Source: Alphaproteobacteria bacterium (GTDB taxonomy: Bacteria > Pseudomonadota > Alphaproteobacteria > CAAHEQ01 > UBA3637). Taken from it: DNA of 58,808 nucleotides. The stretch's first letter is position 1. Every line of letters starts with the position of its first letter. The position numbers and the translations under genes were made by a program. Where the stretch lies: positions 1 to 58,808 of the forward strand of contig JAZRVC010000001.1 of NCBI GenBank assembly GCA_045598925.1, written 5' to 3'. This document shows positions 47,443 through 57,042 of this stretch, piece after piece. The notes under the pieces are model-generated. The model was not told the DNA's origin, ran no database searches, and saw nothing but the letters and a program-made list of their open reading frames with translations.

Positions 47443-47785
47443 CTGATGTGTCTTTGACGTGTGTTAAAAGGTATTCAAAATCAGCCGCCAATTGTTGATA
47501 GGAACGGTTCATGGCTTCAGATCTGGCAATTAAAATCAAATCGTGAGAGGGAAATTTTTCTTGTACATTTGGGGATAAGCGAACAATTTCACGCATTTGA
47601 CGACGCAACCGATTACGCACAACCGCCGACTTGGAAATAGATTTTTTTGAAACCGTAAATCCAATCCGTGTTTGGTTTTTATCATTAGGACGAATTTGCA
47701 ACACAAAAGAATGTGTAAAAGCCTTTAGGGGCGTTTGACGCATTTCCAAAAAATCAAAGTGGCGTTTAATTCTAACTAATGACAT
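47426..47785 (-). CDS. rnpA: Ribonuclease P protein component
   Basis: 119-aa basic protein. RIGFTVSKKSISKSAVVRNRLRRQMRE contains the RNR motif. It lies downstream of rpmH. Confidence 0.85.
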   Translation of the reverse strand: MSLVRIKRHFDFLEMRQTPLKAFTHSFVLQIRPNDKNQTRIGFTVSKKSISKSAVVRNRLRRQMREIVRLSPNVQEKFPSHDLILIARSEAMNRSYQQLAADFEYLLTHVKDTSDEANS

Positions 47786-47858
47786 GGTCTGTTTTTAAAA
47801 AGAAAAGCACCCGATAAAAGTTTCAGGTGCTTTTATATGAATTGATTTGATTCAACCT

Positions 47859-47999
47859 TTAAGCACTCAAAGTCTTGCGACCTTTAGCACGACGGGCATT
47901 TAATACTTTACGTCCCCCTTTTGTTTCCATACGGGCGCGGAAACCATGACGACGTGTACGGACTAATTTACCGGGTTGATATGTACGTTTTGTTGCCAT
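47859..47999 (-). CDS. rpmH: 50S ribosomal protein L34 (too short for the ORF track)
   Basis: The reverse strand translates to [46 protein letters not shown] (46 aa), a canonical L34 sequence upstream of rnpA. Confidence 0.9.
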   Translation of the reverse strand: MATKRTYQPGKLVRTRRHGFRARMETKGGRKVLNARRAKGRKTLSA

Positions 48000-48068
48000 T
48001 TTTGACTCCTTTTAAAAAATAATGGGTCGATTATAACCGATTTTTTTACCCTTGTCAAGAATAATTTC

Positions 48069-48095
48069 AAAAACAGCCCCCTTTTTAAGAGGGCT
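48069..48095 (-). terminator. Terminator of the hydrogenase operon
   Basis: On the minus strand: AGCCCTC-TTAAAAA-GGGGGCT followed by GTTTTTG. The U-G pair makes the hairpin better on the minus-strand transcript. Confidence 0.6.
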
Positions 48096-48107
48096 ATTCT
48101 CTAACAT

Positions 48108-49868
48108 CTATTTATTATAAAGCGGACGCGCTGTATAATGTGTATGCAATAATTCTTCTGATTTTTCGGACAAAGGCTTACCCAAAAATTCTTTATATAA
48201 CTTTTGAATATCCGGATTTTGATGAGAACAACGTAGTTTAGATTGTCTGTCATCTGCTTTTAATCCCGCTTGACGTGCTTTACGCACCGCATCAGTCACG
48301 CCCAAAGGTTGTCCGCCACCACCGATACAGCCACCGGGGCAAGCCATGACTTCAATAAAGTCATAAGGCGATTTTTCGCCATTGGCTTTGGCACGACGCA
48401 CTTTTTCCAAAACAGTCGCCACATTTTTAATTCCATGCGCTACAGCCACATGAATTTCTTTGTCGGCGATTTTAACTGTCATTTCCTTGGCGCCTTCATT
48501 CAAATTAGTAATTTGGTCAAATTCCAAATTGTCCAATTCTTTACCAGTAATCAGGTAATGGGCAGTACGCAAAGCAGCCTCCATCACACCACCGGAGAAT
48601 CCAAAGATTGTGCCGGCACCCGTATAGGCACCCAAAGGTGAATCGGCCGTTTCATCTGGAAGGGCGGTAAAATCAACACCCATTTGTTTAATCATCCGAA
48701 CCAATTCACGGGTTGTCAAAGACACATCAATGTTTTGAACACCATCGTGGAACATTTCTTTGGAACGTTTAATTTCCCATTTTTTCGCTGTACAGGGCAT
48801 AATGGACACAACGACCATATCTTCGGCCTTAACACCCACTTTATCAGCATAATAGGTCTTAGCCAAAGCGCCCAACATCGCCTGAGGTGATTTTGCCGTT
48901 GAGAAATTGTCAATCATATCATGATCCACTTTTTCCAAGTAATCCACCCAAGCAGGACAGCAACTGGTAATCAAAGGCAAGCGTTCAGGTTCAGTTGTAA
49001 AGCGTTTCACGAACTCACTGCCTTCTTCCATAATGGTCAAATCAGCCGCAAAGTTGGTATCAAAGACAGCCTTAAAGCCCATACGACGTAAAGCCGCATA
49101 GATTTTTCCTGTCACTAAATCACCGCTTTTATAACCAAAGGCTTCACCCAAAGCCACACGAACGGCTGGCGCAATCTGAACCACACAATACTTTGTGGTG
49201 TCTTGCAAATAATTCCAAACAGTGGCGGTTTCATCCACTTCGGTAATTGCCCCTGTGGGACAGTGTGCCGAACATTGCCCGCATTTAATACAGGGAGAAT
49301 CATTCAAAGGTAATCCACCCGCCGGGGCCATATGTGTATTGATACCACGTTGCAAAGAACTTAAAGCATAGACGTTTTGCACATTTTGACAAACTTCCAC
49401 ACAACGGCCACATTGAACACACTTACGCGGGTCAATTTGAATACAACCGGTGGAACTATCCACAGGCATTTCTTTTTCGGAAGGTGTAATGTTGGCAAAA
49501 GCATCTTTATCCAAAGCAAATTCTTTGGCCAAGTTTTGCAATTCGCAGTTTCCGTTTTTCAAACAGGACAAACAATCATTGGGGTGACGTGATAAAATCA
49601 ATTCCACGATTGTCTTACGGGCCTTCATAATATCGGGATCACGTGTAATGACCTGCATCCCTTCGGCCACGGGTGTACAGCACGAACGCAACATCCGTCC
49701 ATTGATTTTCACGATACAGACACCACAGGCTGCCGTTGCATCCAAATCGGGGTGCTTACACAATGTCGGCACAATGATTTGAGCCTCACGACAAGCATCC
49801 AATACACTTGTTCCTTCGGGAACTTTTACTTCCATTCCATCAATTGTTAAAGTAATCATTGTTAGCAT
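48108..49868 (-). CDS. hydA: [FeFe]-hydrogenase catalytic subunit (HydA, group A3-like)
   Basis: N-terminal 2Fe-2S and 4Fe-4S ferredoxin modules. H-cluster motifs are present: TSCCPAW (L1), MPCTAKKWE (L2) and EVMACPGGCIGGGGQP (L3). A small-subunit-like tail follows. An alternative start lies at 49859. Confidence 0.9.
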   Translation of the reverse strand: MLTMITLTIDGMEVKVPEGTSVLDACREAQIIVPTLCKHPDLDATAACGVCIVKINGRMLRSCCTPVAEGMQVITRDPDIMKARKTIVELILSRHPNDCLSCLKNGNCELQNLAKEFALDKDAFANITPSEKEMPVDSSTGCIQIDPRKCVQCGRCVEVCQNVQNVYALSSLQRGINTHMAPAGGLPLNDSPCIKCGQCSAHCPTGAITEVDETATVWNYLQDTTKYCVVQIAPAVRVALGEAFGYKSGDLVTGKIYAALRRMGFKAVFDTNFAADLTIMEEGSEFVKRFTTEPERLPLITSCCPAWVDYLEKVDHDMIDNFSTAKSPQAMLGALAKTYYADKVGVKAEDMVVVSIMPCTAKKWEIKRSKEMFHDGVQNIDVSLTTRELVRMIKQMGVDFTALPDETADSPLGAYTGAGTIFGFSGGVMEAALRTAHYLITGKELDNLEFDQITNLNEGAKEMTVKIADKEIHVAVAHGIKNVATVLEKVRRAKANGEKSPYDFIEVMACPGGCIGGGGQPLGVTDAVRKARQAGLKADDRQSKLRCSHQNPDIQKLYKEFLGKPLSEKSEELLHTHYTARPLYNK

Positions 49869-51583
49869 CCTTTCTTTTCTGTTTTATCAAGCAAGAGGGC
49901 TTCATATTCCTCAGGGAAGTACTTCATTGTTGAAAGCACCGGATTCGGGGACGTTTGTCCCAAACCGCACAGAGCCCCTTTTTGCATGGCAGAGCCAATT
50001 TCTTTAATCTTTTCCAAATCTTTATGGGTTCCTTTACCTTCGGCCACTTTGGTCAAAAGTTTCAGCATTTGATAGCCCCCTAAACGACAAGGCGCACATT
50101 TACCGCAGGATTCATCCACCGTAAAGCCCAAATAGAACTTGGCAATTTCCACCATAGAATCATCAGTATCCATTACAATCATACCACCTGATCCCATCAT
50201 TGAGCCAATCTTTTTTAATTCTTCATAACACAAAGGCAAGTTGAGTTCCTTGGCCGGAATCACACCGCCCGAAGGACCACCGGTTTGGACAGCCTTAAAC
50301 GGCTTACCTGTTGAGGTCCCACCACCGACTTCTTCCACCATTTCACGAACGGTTGTTCCCATGGGGACTTCCACCAAGCCCGAGTGCTTCACTTTACCGG
50401 TTAAGGCAAAAACTTTCGTTCCCTTACTGGTTTCAGTACCGACGGAGGAGAACCAATCCGCCCCGTTTAAGATAATTTGAGGCACATTCGCCCAAGTTTC
50501 CACGTTGTTGATAATCGTGGGCTTTTGGAATAAACCTTTTTCTGTCGGATATGGCGGACGAGGACGTGGTGTTCCTTTATTGCCTTCCAAAGACATCATG
50601 AGGGCTGTTTCTTCACCACACACAAAGGCCCCTGCCCCATAGCGCAGTTCTGCCATGAAGTTGAAGTCTGTTCCAAAAATATTTTTACCCAAGATACCGG
50701 CTTTTTTGGCTTGTTTAATGGCTAATTCCACACGTTCCAAAGCCAAAGGATATTCAGCCCGAACATAGAACCAACCCGCAGTGGCCCCTGTGGCATAAGC
50801 GGCAATCATCATCCCTTCCAACACGGCGTGAGCACCACCGCCCAAAATACAAGAATCCATATAGGCACCCGGATCGCCTTCATCCCCATTACAGATAATG
50901 AACTTTTCACCATCCACCAAGGGGGCTTTGGACAACAATTCCCACTTTTTGCCCGTGGGGAATCCGCCACCGCCACGACCACGAAGGCCCGACTTTTTAA
51001 TTTCATCCAAAACTTGTTCCGGTGTCATTTCAAACAAGCATTTCATCAACGCTTGATAACCACCGTTGGCTACATACTCGCCCAAATCTTCGGGGTCAGA
51101 ATTTCCCAAATGTTTCAACACCACACGACGTTGTTTGGTAAAGAACGGTAAATCCATTGACAATTCTTTTTCGGCTAAATGAGAGGCTAATTTAAGTTCC
51201 GCCTCAGGCTTACCCAACAAAGGTTTAATATGTTGTTCAACAATTAAATGGGCCATATCAGCCGTCATTTCTTTATACAAGAAGGGTTTACGCCCTTTTA
51301 TTTCAATACGTGTCATCGGACCCGCGGCACAAAGTCCCATACAGCCCGTGGCCACCAAACGAACTTTATCTGTCAATCCTGCGGTTTCCAAAGCAGCCTT
51401 AAAGGCTTCATAGACCGCTTGACCGCCACCCGAATGGCAACTAGTCGCATTACAGGTAAAAATAGTCGCTTCATACTGGGCATTTTTTGTTTCAAAATCC
51501 TTACCCATTTGCAAAAGTTTATCCTTTTGCATACGACCGACAGCCTTTAATTTTTCAATTTGTTCTTTTGTGAGTTCAACCAT
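49862..51583 (-). CDS. hydB: NuoF-like flavoprotein subunit of the hydrogenase (HydB)
   Basis: N-terminal thioredoxin-like 2Fe-2S region (CNATSCHSGG...GCMGLCAAGP), GRGGGGFPTGKKW FMN/NAD site and ESCGKCAPCR 4Fe-4S. The start was set at the ATG at 51583, which is preceded by AAGGAGGG and lies 1 nt after the hydC stop. Confidence 0.9.
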   Translation of the reverse strand: MVELTKEQIEKLKAVGRMQKDKLLQMGKDFETKNAQYEATIFTCNATSCHSGGGQAVYEAFKAALETAGLTDKVRLVATGCMGLCAAGPMTRIEIKGRKPFLYKEMTADMAHLIVEQHIKPLLGKPEAELKLASHLAEKELSMDLPFFTKQRRVVLKHLGNSDPEDLGEYVANGGYQALMKCLFEMTPEQVLDEIKKSGLRGRGGGGFPTGKKWELLSKAPLVDGEKFIICNGDEGDPGAYMDSCILGGGAHAVLEGMMIAAYATGATAGWFYVRAEYPLALERVELAIKQAKKAGILGKNIFGTDFNFMAELRYGAGAFVCGEETALMMSLEGNKGTPRPRPPYPTEKGLFQKPTIINNVETWANVPQIILNGADWFSSVGTETSKGTKVFALTGKVKHSGLVEVPMGTTVREMVEEVGGGTSTGKPFKAVQTGGPSGGVIPAKELNLPLCYEELKKIGSMMGSGGMIVMDTDDSMVEIAKFYLGFTVDESCGKCAPCRLGGYQMLKLLTKVAEGKGTHKDLEKIKEIGSAMQKGALCGLGQTSPNPVLSTMKYFPEEYEALLLDKTEKKGC

Positions 51584-51584
51584 C

Positions 51585-52061
51585 TTATTTACCCTCCTTT
51601 GCACGCCATTCATTGATAATGCCTTTGACCTTATCGGGCGTCATTTTACCATAGGTTGTACCATTGATCACCATCACAGGTGCCAAACCGCAACAACCCA
51701 AGCAACGCACCACTTGAATATAAAACAAACCATCATCAGTAGTTGTCCCCGCGGGCACACCCAATTCTTTTTCCAATTCGGCCAACACACTGGCGCCATC
51801 TTTAATATGACACGCTGTCCCATCACACATAGAAATAATATACTTTCCGGGGGCCTTTAATTTAAAGTAGTTATAGAACGTCAAGCATTCATAAATTTTC
51901 GCCATAGGAATCCCCAAACTTTGACCTAAATACAAGGCCTCATCCCAAGGAACATAACCAAATTGTCCCTGTAATTCATGCAACGCCATAATCAGGCAAC
52001 CACGTTTGCCTTGCCATTTGCGGATGATACCATCCACTTTTACTTTGTTTTCTTCGTTCAT
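51585..52061 (-). CDS. hydC: NuoE-like 2Fe-2S subunit of the hydrogenase (HydC)
   Basis: CLIMALHELQ...CDGTACHIKDG...VRCLGCCGLAP is the thioredoxin-like 2Fe-2S pattern. The start at 52061 is preferred (AAGGAAG Shine-Dalgarno); the alternative is 52076. Confidence 0.88.
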   Translation of the reverse strand: MNEENKVKVDGIIRKWQGKRGCLIMALHELQGQFGYVPWDEALYLGQSLGIPMAKIYECLTFYNYFKLKAPGKYIISMCDGTACHIKDGASVLAELEKELGVPAGTTTDDGLFYIQVVRCLGCCGLAPVMVINGTTYGKMTPDKVKGIINEWRAKEGK

Positions 52062-52092
52062 ATAACTTCCTTTCATAAAAAATGATTTTTGC

Positions 52093-52121
52093 AGTGTATA
52101 ACATTTTATTTAAAAAGGCAA
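52093..52121 (-). promoter_or_regulatory. Candidate promoter of hydCBA
   Basis: On the minus strand: TTGCCT (52121..52116), a 17-nt spacer, then TACACT (52098..52093). Confidence 0.4.
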
Positions 52122-52223
52122 GTAAAAATTTAATTTTTTTATCGTTTCAGATAAACAAAAGAGATGTCCCTTAAGACTTTTACCCTCTTGTCAAGTTGCC
52201 TGAAATTATGTATAATCCAAAAT

Positions 52224-52592
52224 ATGAAGAAAATAATCTTTTTACTTTGTTGCTTTTTAATGTCTTGCGGGAAAGAAAATATCACACCTGTCGGACAAAA
52301 ATTTCAATCAGACATAGAGGGAATACATACCTTATTAGCCTTTCACCCTGACGGACATTTTTACGGTCAAATGGTGAATACTTATTTTGGAATTTATGAA
52401 TTAAAAGATACCCAGATGAAACTGACCCTGCAAGGCACAAGTTTAAAATTCAGAACACCCCAACAAATGGAAGCAGAAGAAAGGTATTTTCAAAACCTAA
52501 AACGTATTACAAATTTTAAATTAGACAAAAACGTTTTAATCTTAAACGGGGATAAAATAGAATATCGTTTTCAACCGTTAAATTCTGATTAA
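52224..52592 (+). CDS. Lipoprotein, META/HslJ-domain-like
   Basis: MKKIIFLLCCFLMSCG lipobox. YFGIYELKDTQMKLTLQGTSLKFRTPQQMEAEERYFQNL...NVLILNGDKIEYRF resembles the META domain. TTGTCA-17-TATAAT lies 7 nt upstream of the ATG. Confidence 0.5.
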   Translation: MKKIIFLLCCFLMSCGKENITPVGQKFQSDIEGIHTLLAFHPDGHFYGQMVNTYFGIYELKDTQMKLTLQGTSLKFRTPQQMEAEERYFQNLKRITNFKLDKNVLILNGDKIEYRFQPLNSD

Positions 52593-54251
52593 ATGAATTT
52601 CCATCAGGGGCTTTTTCCCGAATTTTTCGTTCATAAAGGTCCGTATTGTATGGCGCATTTTATCTTTAATCAGATTATCATCTTCGGCACGGTCTGATTC
52701 TACTTCACCTAAAGCAATTTTTAAATTTTCAATCAATTCTTTTTGCAGGTCTGTGGCTTCATCCAACAATCCGAAAGTGGATAATTGCGGTTCCCCGATC
52801 AGTTGAGCTTTTTTATTCACAACCAAGGTAAGAACAACCGTTCCTTCATCCATCATTTTACGGCGTTTTTTTAATACTTCAGCGTTCAAAGCGATAATCT
52901 GTTTACCATCAACAGCCAAAACACCGCTGGGAATATTTCCCAAAATTTCGGGCTTTTCTTTTAAGATAATCACTTCACCGTCATTCAAGGTAAAAGCATA
53001 AGGAATACCCATTTCTTTGACCATTTCGGCATGGCAATTTAAATTGAGTGTATCCCCGTGAATAGGCAAAACAATATGGGGTTTCAACATGGCATACATC
53101 TTTTCCAAATCATCCCCTGCATAGTGTCCTGAAATATGCACCAAGGCATTACGTTCTGTAATAATACGAATCCCTTTGGTTTGCAAACGTTTTTGCAAAA
53201 AATCAATCGCTTTTTCATTGCCCGGAATCACACTGGACGAAAAAATCACCACATCGTCTTTACCGAAAATCACCCCGTGAGGATTCGGGCTTAAAGCCGC
53301 CAGATTATTCAACGCGGAAAAGCGTTCCCCTTGGGACCCCGTGCACATATATAAGACCTTATTAGCGGGCTTTTCCAAAGCCTCTGATTCGGATAAAAAT
53401 TCAGGAATCTCTTTAAAATATCCACAGGCCCGCGCCGCCGCATCTACACGCCACAAACTGCGCCCCAACAGGCACACTTCACGACCATTTTCATGGGCCG
53501 CCCAATAAATACTTTCCATCCGTTTCACATTACTGGCAAAACACCCGATAGCAATTTGATTGTCGGGATATTCTGACACCAATTTGGATAAAGATTTTTG
53601 CACATCCGATTCACTGGCTTGCACCTTTTCTTCTGAGGTATTGGTTGAGGTACAAACGGTCGCCAAGACCCCTTCTTTCCCCAAAGCCTTTAAGGTTTTA
53701 TAGTCGGTAAAACTTTCCTCTTTTTTATCTTCAAAGCGCCAATCACCCGTATGAACAACCATACCCTTCTCCGTCCGAATAGCCAACGCATTAGGTTCAG
53801 GAATAGAGTGTGTCATGGCAATAAATTCCACACTGAACGGATGTAAATCTACCACACCGCCTTGGGGCACTTGACACACTTCCACGCGTCCCAACAGACC
53901 TTCTTCCGTCAGTTTATTTTCAATCAATTCTTTGGCAAAAGCCGTACAATAAATCGGGCAATTTAAATCCCGCCACAAATATCCGATCGCTCCGATATGG
54001 TCTTCATGGGCATGGGTAATCACTAAACCGACAATTTCATCTTTATGTTCCCGTAAAAAAGACACATCCGGCAACAAACAATCTACCCCCGGCAAATTAT
54101 CATCAGGAAAGCCTATTCCTAAATCAACAACCAACCATTTGCCTTTATATCCATAGGCAAAACAATTCATCCCCACACCGGTCGCCCCACCGATTGGCAC
54201 AAATAAAAGTTCATTTTGCGGTAATTCTAATTTTTCAATTTCTTCTGTCAT
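52578..54251 (-). CDS. rnj: Ribonuclease J
   Basis: Metallo-beta-lactamase motif ITHAHEDHIGA, a beta-CASP region and a C-terminal domain. The 557-aa size is typical of RNase J. Confidence 0.9.
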   Translation of the reverse strand: MTEEIEKLELPQNELLFVPIGGATGVGMNCFAYGYKGKWLVVDLGIGFPDDNLPGVDCLLPDVSFLREHKDEIVGLVITHAHEDHIGAIGYLWRDLNCPIYCTAFAKELIENKLTEEGLLGRVEVCQVPQGGVVDLHPFSVEFIAMTHSIPEPNALAIRTEKGMVVHTGDWRFEDKKEESFTDYKTLKALGKEGVLATVCTSTNTSEEKVQASESDVQKSLSKLVSEYPDNQIAIGCFASNVKRMESIYWAAHENGREVCLLGRSLWRVDAAARACGYFKEIPEFLSESEALEKPANKVLYMCTGSQGERFSALNNLAALSPNPHGVIFGKDDVVIFSSSVIPGNEKAIDFLQKRLQTKGIRIITERNALVHISGHYAGDDLEKMYAMLKPHIVLPIHGDTLNLNCHAEMVKEMGIPYAFTLNDGEVIILKEKPEILGNIPSGVLAVDGKQIIALNAEVLKKRRKMMDEGTVVLTLVVNKKAQLIGEPQLSTFGLLDEATDLQKELIENLKIALGEVESDRAEDDNLIKDKMRHTIRTFMNEKFGKKPLMEIHLIRI

Positions 54252-54261
54252 TTTATATCCT

Positions 54262-54927
54262 TTAAATTAAAAATACATCCCCGACGGTAATCTTTTGTGT
54301 TTTTTTAGAGGTCTTTAATAACAAAGCCCCCGTCTTATCAATTCCTTTAAAGACACCCGTTACTTCCATATCCGGCAAGTGGATGGTCATTGTTTTCCCC
54401 AAGCCTTTGGCGGACTTCAGCCACCTTTCACGAATAGTTTTAAACCCTTTCTTTTCCAAAAGTGTCAATAGGGTATTATATTGCAACAAAATCCGTTTTG
54501 CCAACGTCATCGGACGCAAGCACCCTTCCAGATTTGTGGTGGGATACAGCACATTTTCTTCGGGATTTGAAACGATATTCACCCCAATACCTATAATCAC
54601 TTTACCCGATTGACGTTCTACCAAAATACCCGCCACTTTTTTCCCGTCCAACAACACATCATTGGGCCATTTTAAACTGACGTTAAATTCGGGCAAACTA
54701 TCCGACACCACCAAGCCCGTTAAAAAAGGAATAAAAGCCGTGTTTTTCCCCAAATCAGGCAACACCAGCGACATATATAAATTACCTTTCGGGCTTTGCC
54801 AGGTCCGACCATAGCGCCCCTTCCCCGCTGTTTGAGTTTCGGCCATAACTACCGTTCCCGGGGGACAAGAAAAAGCCGTTTGATTGGTGCTTTCCAAAGT
54901 TTCAAATTGATGTATATCCCATTTCAT
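54262..54927 (-). CDS. birA: Biotin--[acetyl-CoA-carboxylase] ligase (no HTH domain)
   Basis: QTAGKGRYGRTWQSPKGNLYMS matches GRGRxGRxWxSP. KWPNDVLLDGKKVAGILVE is present. The start was moved to the ATG at 54927. Confidence 0.85.
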   Translation of the reverse strand: MKWDIHQFETLESTNQTAFSCPPGTVVMAETQTAGKGRYGRTWQSPKGNLYMSLVLPDLGKNTAFIPFLTGLVVSDSLPEFNVSLKWPNDVLLDGKKVAGILVERQSGKVIIGIGVNIVSNPEENVLYPTTNLEGCLRPMTLAKRILLQYNTLLTLLEKKGFKTIRERWLKSAKGLGKTMTIHLPDMEVTGVFKGIDKTGALLLKTSKKTQKITVGDVFLI

Positions 54928-54971
54928 AAGGTCTATTATACCACATAGACCTGAAAAAATCAAAATAATTC

Positions 54972-55000
54972 TTGACATTTATTTCAAAAAACAGGAAAAT
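54972..55000 (+). promoter_or_regulatory. Candidate promoter of the 55031/55664 gene pair
   Basis: TTGACA (54972..54977), a 17-nt spacer, then GAAAAT (54995..55000), followed by the hairpin TTCCCC-TAAA-GGGGAA. Confidence 0.4.
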
Positions 55001-55030
55001 TCCCCTAAAGGGGAAAATAAAGAGGATAAA

Positions 55031-55639
55031 ATGGTGAAAAAACTGTTATATACTTTGGAACTGATTATTTTGGCCGTCATCTTTTTTGTATCTGGCCAGT
55101 TGCTTTCTGTCCCGAATCAACCTCTTTCAGAAGAATTGCAACTTTTAAAAATGCAAGAAGAATACAGCCTGAAAGTCAAAAAGGATTTGGAAAATACCTT
55201 GGAAACTTTGGTGGGGCCCGGAAATGTCAAAGTCTTTGTTCAAATCTATTTAAAAAAGGCGCAAACAAATATCCAAACCCAAAAAGGCACAGCCTATAAC
55301 AAAACCATTGAAACAAAGCACACACAGGCTGTTGTCGTAGATCAACAACATGTGAGTCTTATTTTAAACAATACCCCGCCCGTCAAATTGGCAACCTATA
55401 AGAATTTGACCGAATCCGCCTTGGGAATCAACAAGAATTTGGGTGATACCTTGGCAATTGAAATTTTACCGTTTTATAAACACCCCTTCTTCACTTTTGG
55501 GCTTTCTCGTCTGACTTTAATCAAGTTGGCAGGCGTTATGTTAGGGGTGTTCTTCATCCTGTGCATTTTGTTGATTTACATTTATTTAAAGGAAAGAGAT
55601 ACCTTCACCCAAAATGATTTTTTGTCCGGAAAAGAATAA
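55031..55639 (+). CDS. Bitopic membrane protein with a single FliF/YscJ-type ring-building motif
   Basis: N- and C-terminal TM helices. KKDLENTLETLVGPGNVKVFVQIY aligns with E. coli FliF ELARTIETLGPVKSARVHLA. The protein is 202 aa, against about 550 aa for FliF. Confidence 0.45.
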   Translation: MVKKLLYTLELIILAVIFFVSGQLLSVPNQPLSEELQLLKMQEEYSLKVKKDLENTLETLVGPGNVKVFVQIYLKKAQTNIQTQKGTAYNKTIETKHTQAVVVDQQHVSLILNNTPPVKLATYKNLTESALGINKNLGDTLAIEILPFYKHPFFTFGLSRLTLIKLAGVMLGVFFILCILLIYIYLKERDTFTQNDFLSGKE

Positions 55640-55663
55640 ATAAATTTCTAAGAAAGATCTGAT

Positions 55664-56290
55664 ATGCCCTTTACAACGACTTCAACTACACACATCAAAG
55701 ATTCCGATAAAAATTTTTTGTTTTTATCAGTGGATGGGGCCAATATTCTACCGATGAGTTTTTCTGTCTGCCAATTTTTAAAAGAAAACGGATATACAAC
55801 GCTCCTGATTGATGGAAATTTGGGCGTTTCAACACAAGATGAAATAGATACAGATTTAGATAAAGTCTTATCCGATAAAGCCGCTATTTCCAAAGCCATT
55901 CACACAACAAAAGGGGTATCCTATTTATCCGGGAAAGCAAGCCACCCTTTTGCCACGAAATCCAAAAATTATCAAAATCAATTTTTGGCGGATTTAAATA
56001 CCCTATCTGGCAATTTTGATAAAATATTTGCTGCCCTTTCTTCTGAAAGCAGTAATTTACAAGAACTGTGGCTTTCATGGGCAGAAAAAAAATACCTGTT
56101 TTTTCAAACAGAAAATCTCTTTTTGGAAAAAACAGCCGAATTTTTGCATAACTATCCCAATCAAATAGACGGGCTGATTTCTTTAAATAAAAATCCTCAT
56201 CTCAGTCGGCTGGCTTGGATCAGATTAAAAAAGATAATACCCGATTTACCTGAACTGATTATTGATATAAAACAAACCGTCCAAGAATAA
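55664..56290 (+). CDS. MinD/FlhG/ParA-fold protein lacking the P-loop (probable pseudo-ATPase)
   Basis: FLFLSVDGANILPMSFSVCQFLKENGYTTLLIDGNLGVSTQD aligns with MinD [43 protein letters not shown]. The KGGxGKT motif is replaced by VDGANIL. Confidence 0.45.
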   Translation: MPFTTTSTTHIKDSDKNFLFLSVDGANILPMSFSVCQFLKENGYTTLLIDGNLGVSTQDEIDTDLDKVLSDKAAISKAIHTTKGVSYLSGKASHPFATKSKNYQNQFLADLNTLSGNFDKIFAALSSESSNLQELWLSWAEKKYLFFQTENLFLEKTAEFLHNYPNQIDGLISLNKNPHLSRLAWIRLKKIIPDLPELIIDIKQTVQE

Positions 56291-56322
56291 CTCGGACGGT
56301 TTGAATAATTTGAAACATATAA

Positions 56323-56937
56323 TTACCGAGAGTAGAATTCGATAACCAAATTTGGTTCCATTTGTGCCGCATATGGAATTTCAGTAAATGTCGGAACACG
56401 AACAAAAGTGCCCTTCATTTCTTTTTCATCCAATGTCATATAATCTGGCACATTGCGATCTGTCGCCGCTAAAGCCTCAGCCACGAAAGCCATTTCTTTA
56501 GCCTTACCGTAAACAGCGATTACATCCCCAGCCTTCACCAAGTAAGAAGGAATATTCACGCGCTTACCGTTCACAGTCACATGACCATGATTCACAAATT
56601 GACGGGCCGCATACACGGAATTCACGAATTTCAAACGATACACAACGCTATCCAAACGTGTTTCCAAAATACCCACCAAGTTTTCGGAACTATCGCCTTT
56701 ACGACGCACGGCTTCAGCATAATACTTTCTTAATTGTTTTTCAGAAATGTTTCCATAAACACCTTTGAATTTTTGTTTTGCATGCAACTGAGTCCCATAG
56801 TCTGTTGATTTTTTACGATCAGCGCCATGTTGCCCAGGTCCATAGTTGCGTTTATTAAAAGAAGATTTAGCTTTACCGGATAAGTTTGCCCCTAAACGGC
56901 GTTCAATTTTAAATTTAGATTCAAGTCTTTTAGACAT
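56323..56937 (-). CDS. rpsD: 30S ribosomal protein S4
   Basis: 204 aa. YGxQLxAKQKxKxxYG, LESRLD-like ([12 protein letters not shown]) and an S4 RNA-binding domain ([22 protein letters not shown]). Confidence 0.95.
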   Translation of the reverse strand: MSKRLESKFKIERRLGANLSGKAKSSFNKRNYGPGQHGADRKKSTDYGTQLHAKQKFKGVYGNISEKQLRKYYAEAVRRKGDSSENLVGILETRLDSVVYRLKFVNSVYAARQFVNHGHVTVNGKRVNIPSYLVKAGDVIAVYGKAKEMAFVAEALAATDRNVPDYMTLDEKEMKGTFVRVPTFTEIPYAAQMEPNLVIEFYSR

Positions 56938-57042
56938 TATATTTTCCTTGTTTTAAGTTGCCCCCGATAGTCTTTTACCGAATTGCAAAAGCGTGAACAG
57001 ATGGTTTTTTCCGTCTGCTCCACATTCTCAGGGAATAGACGT

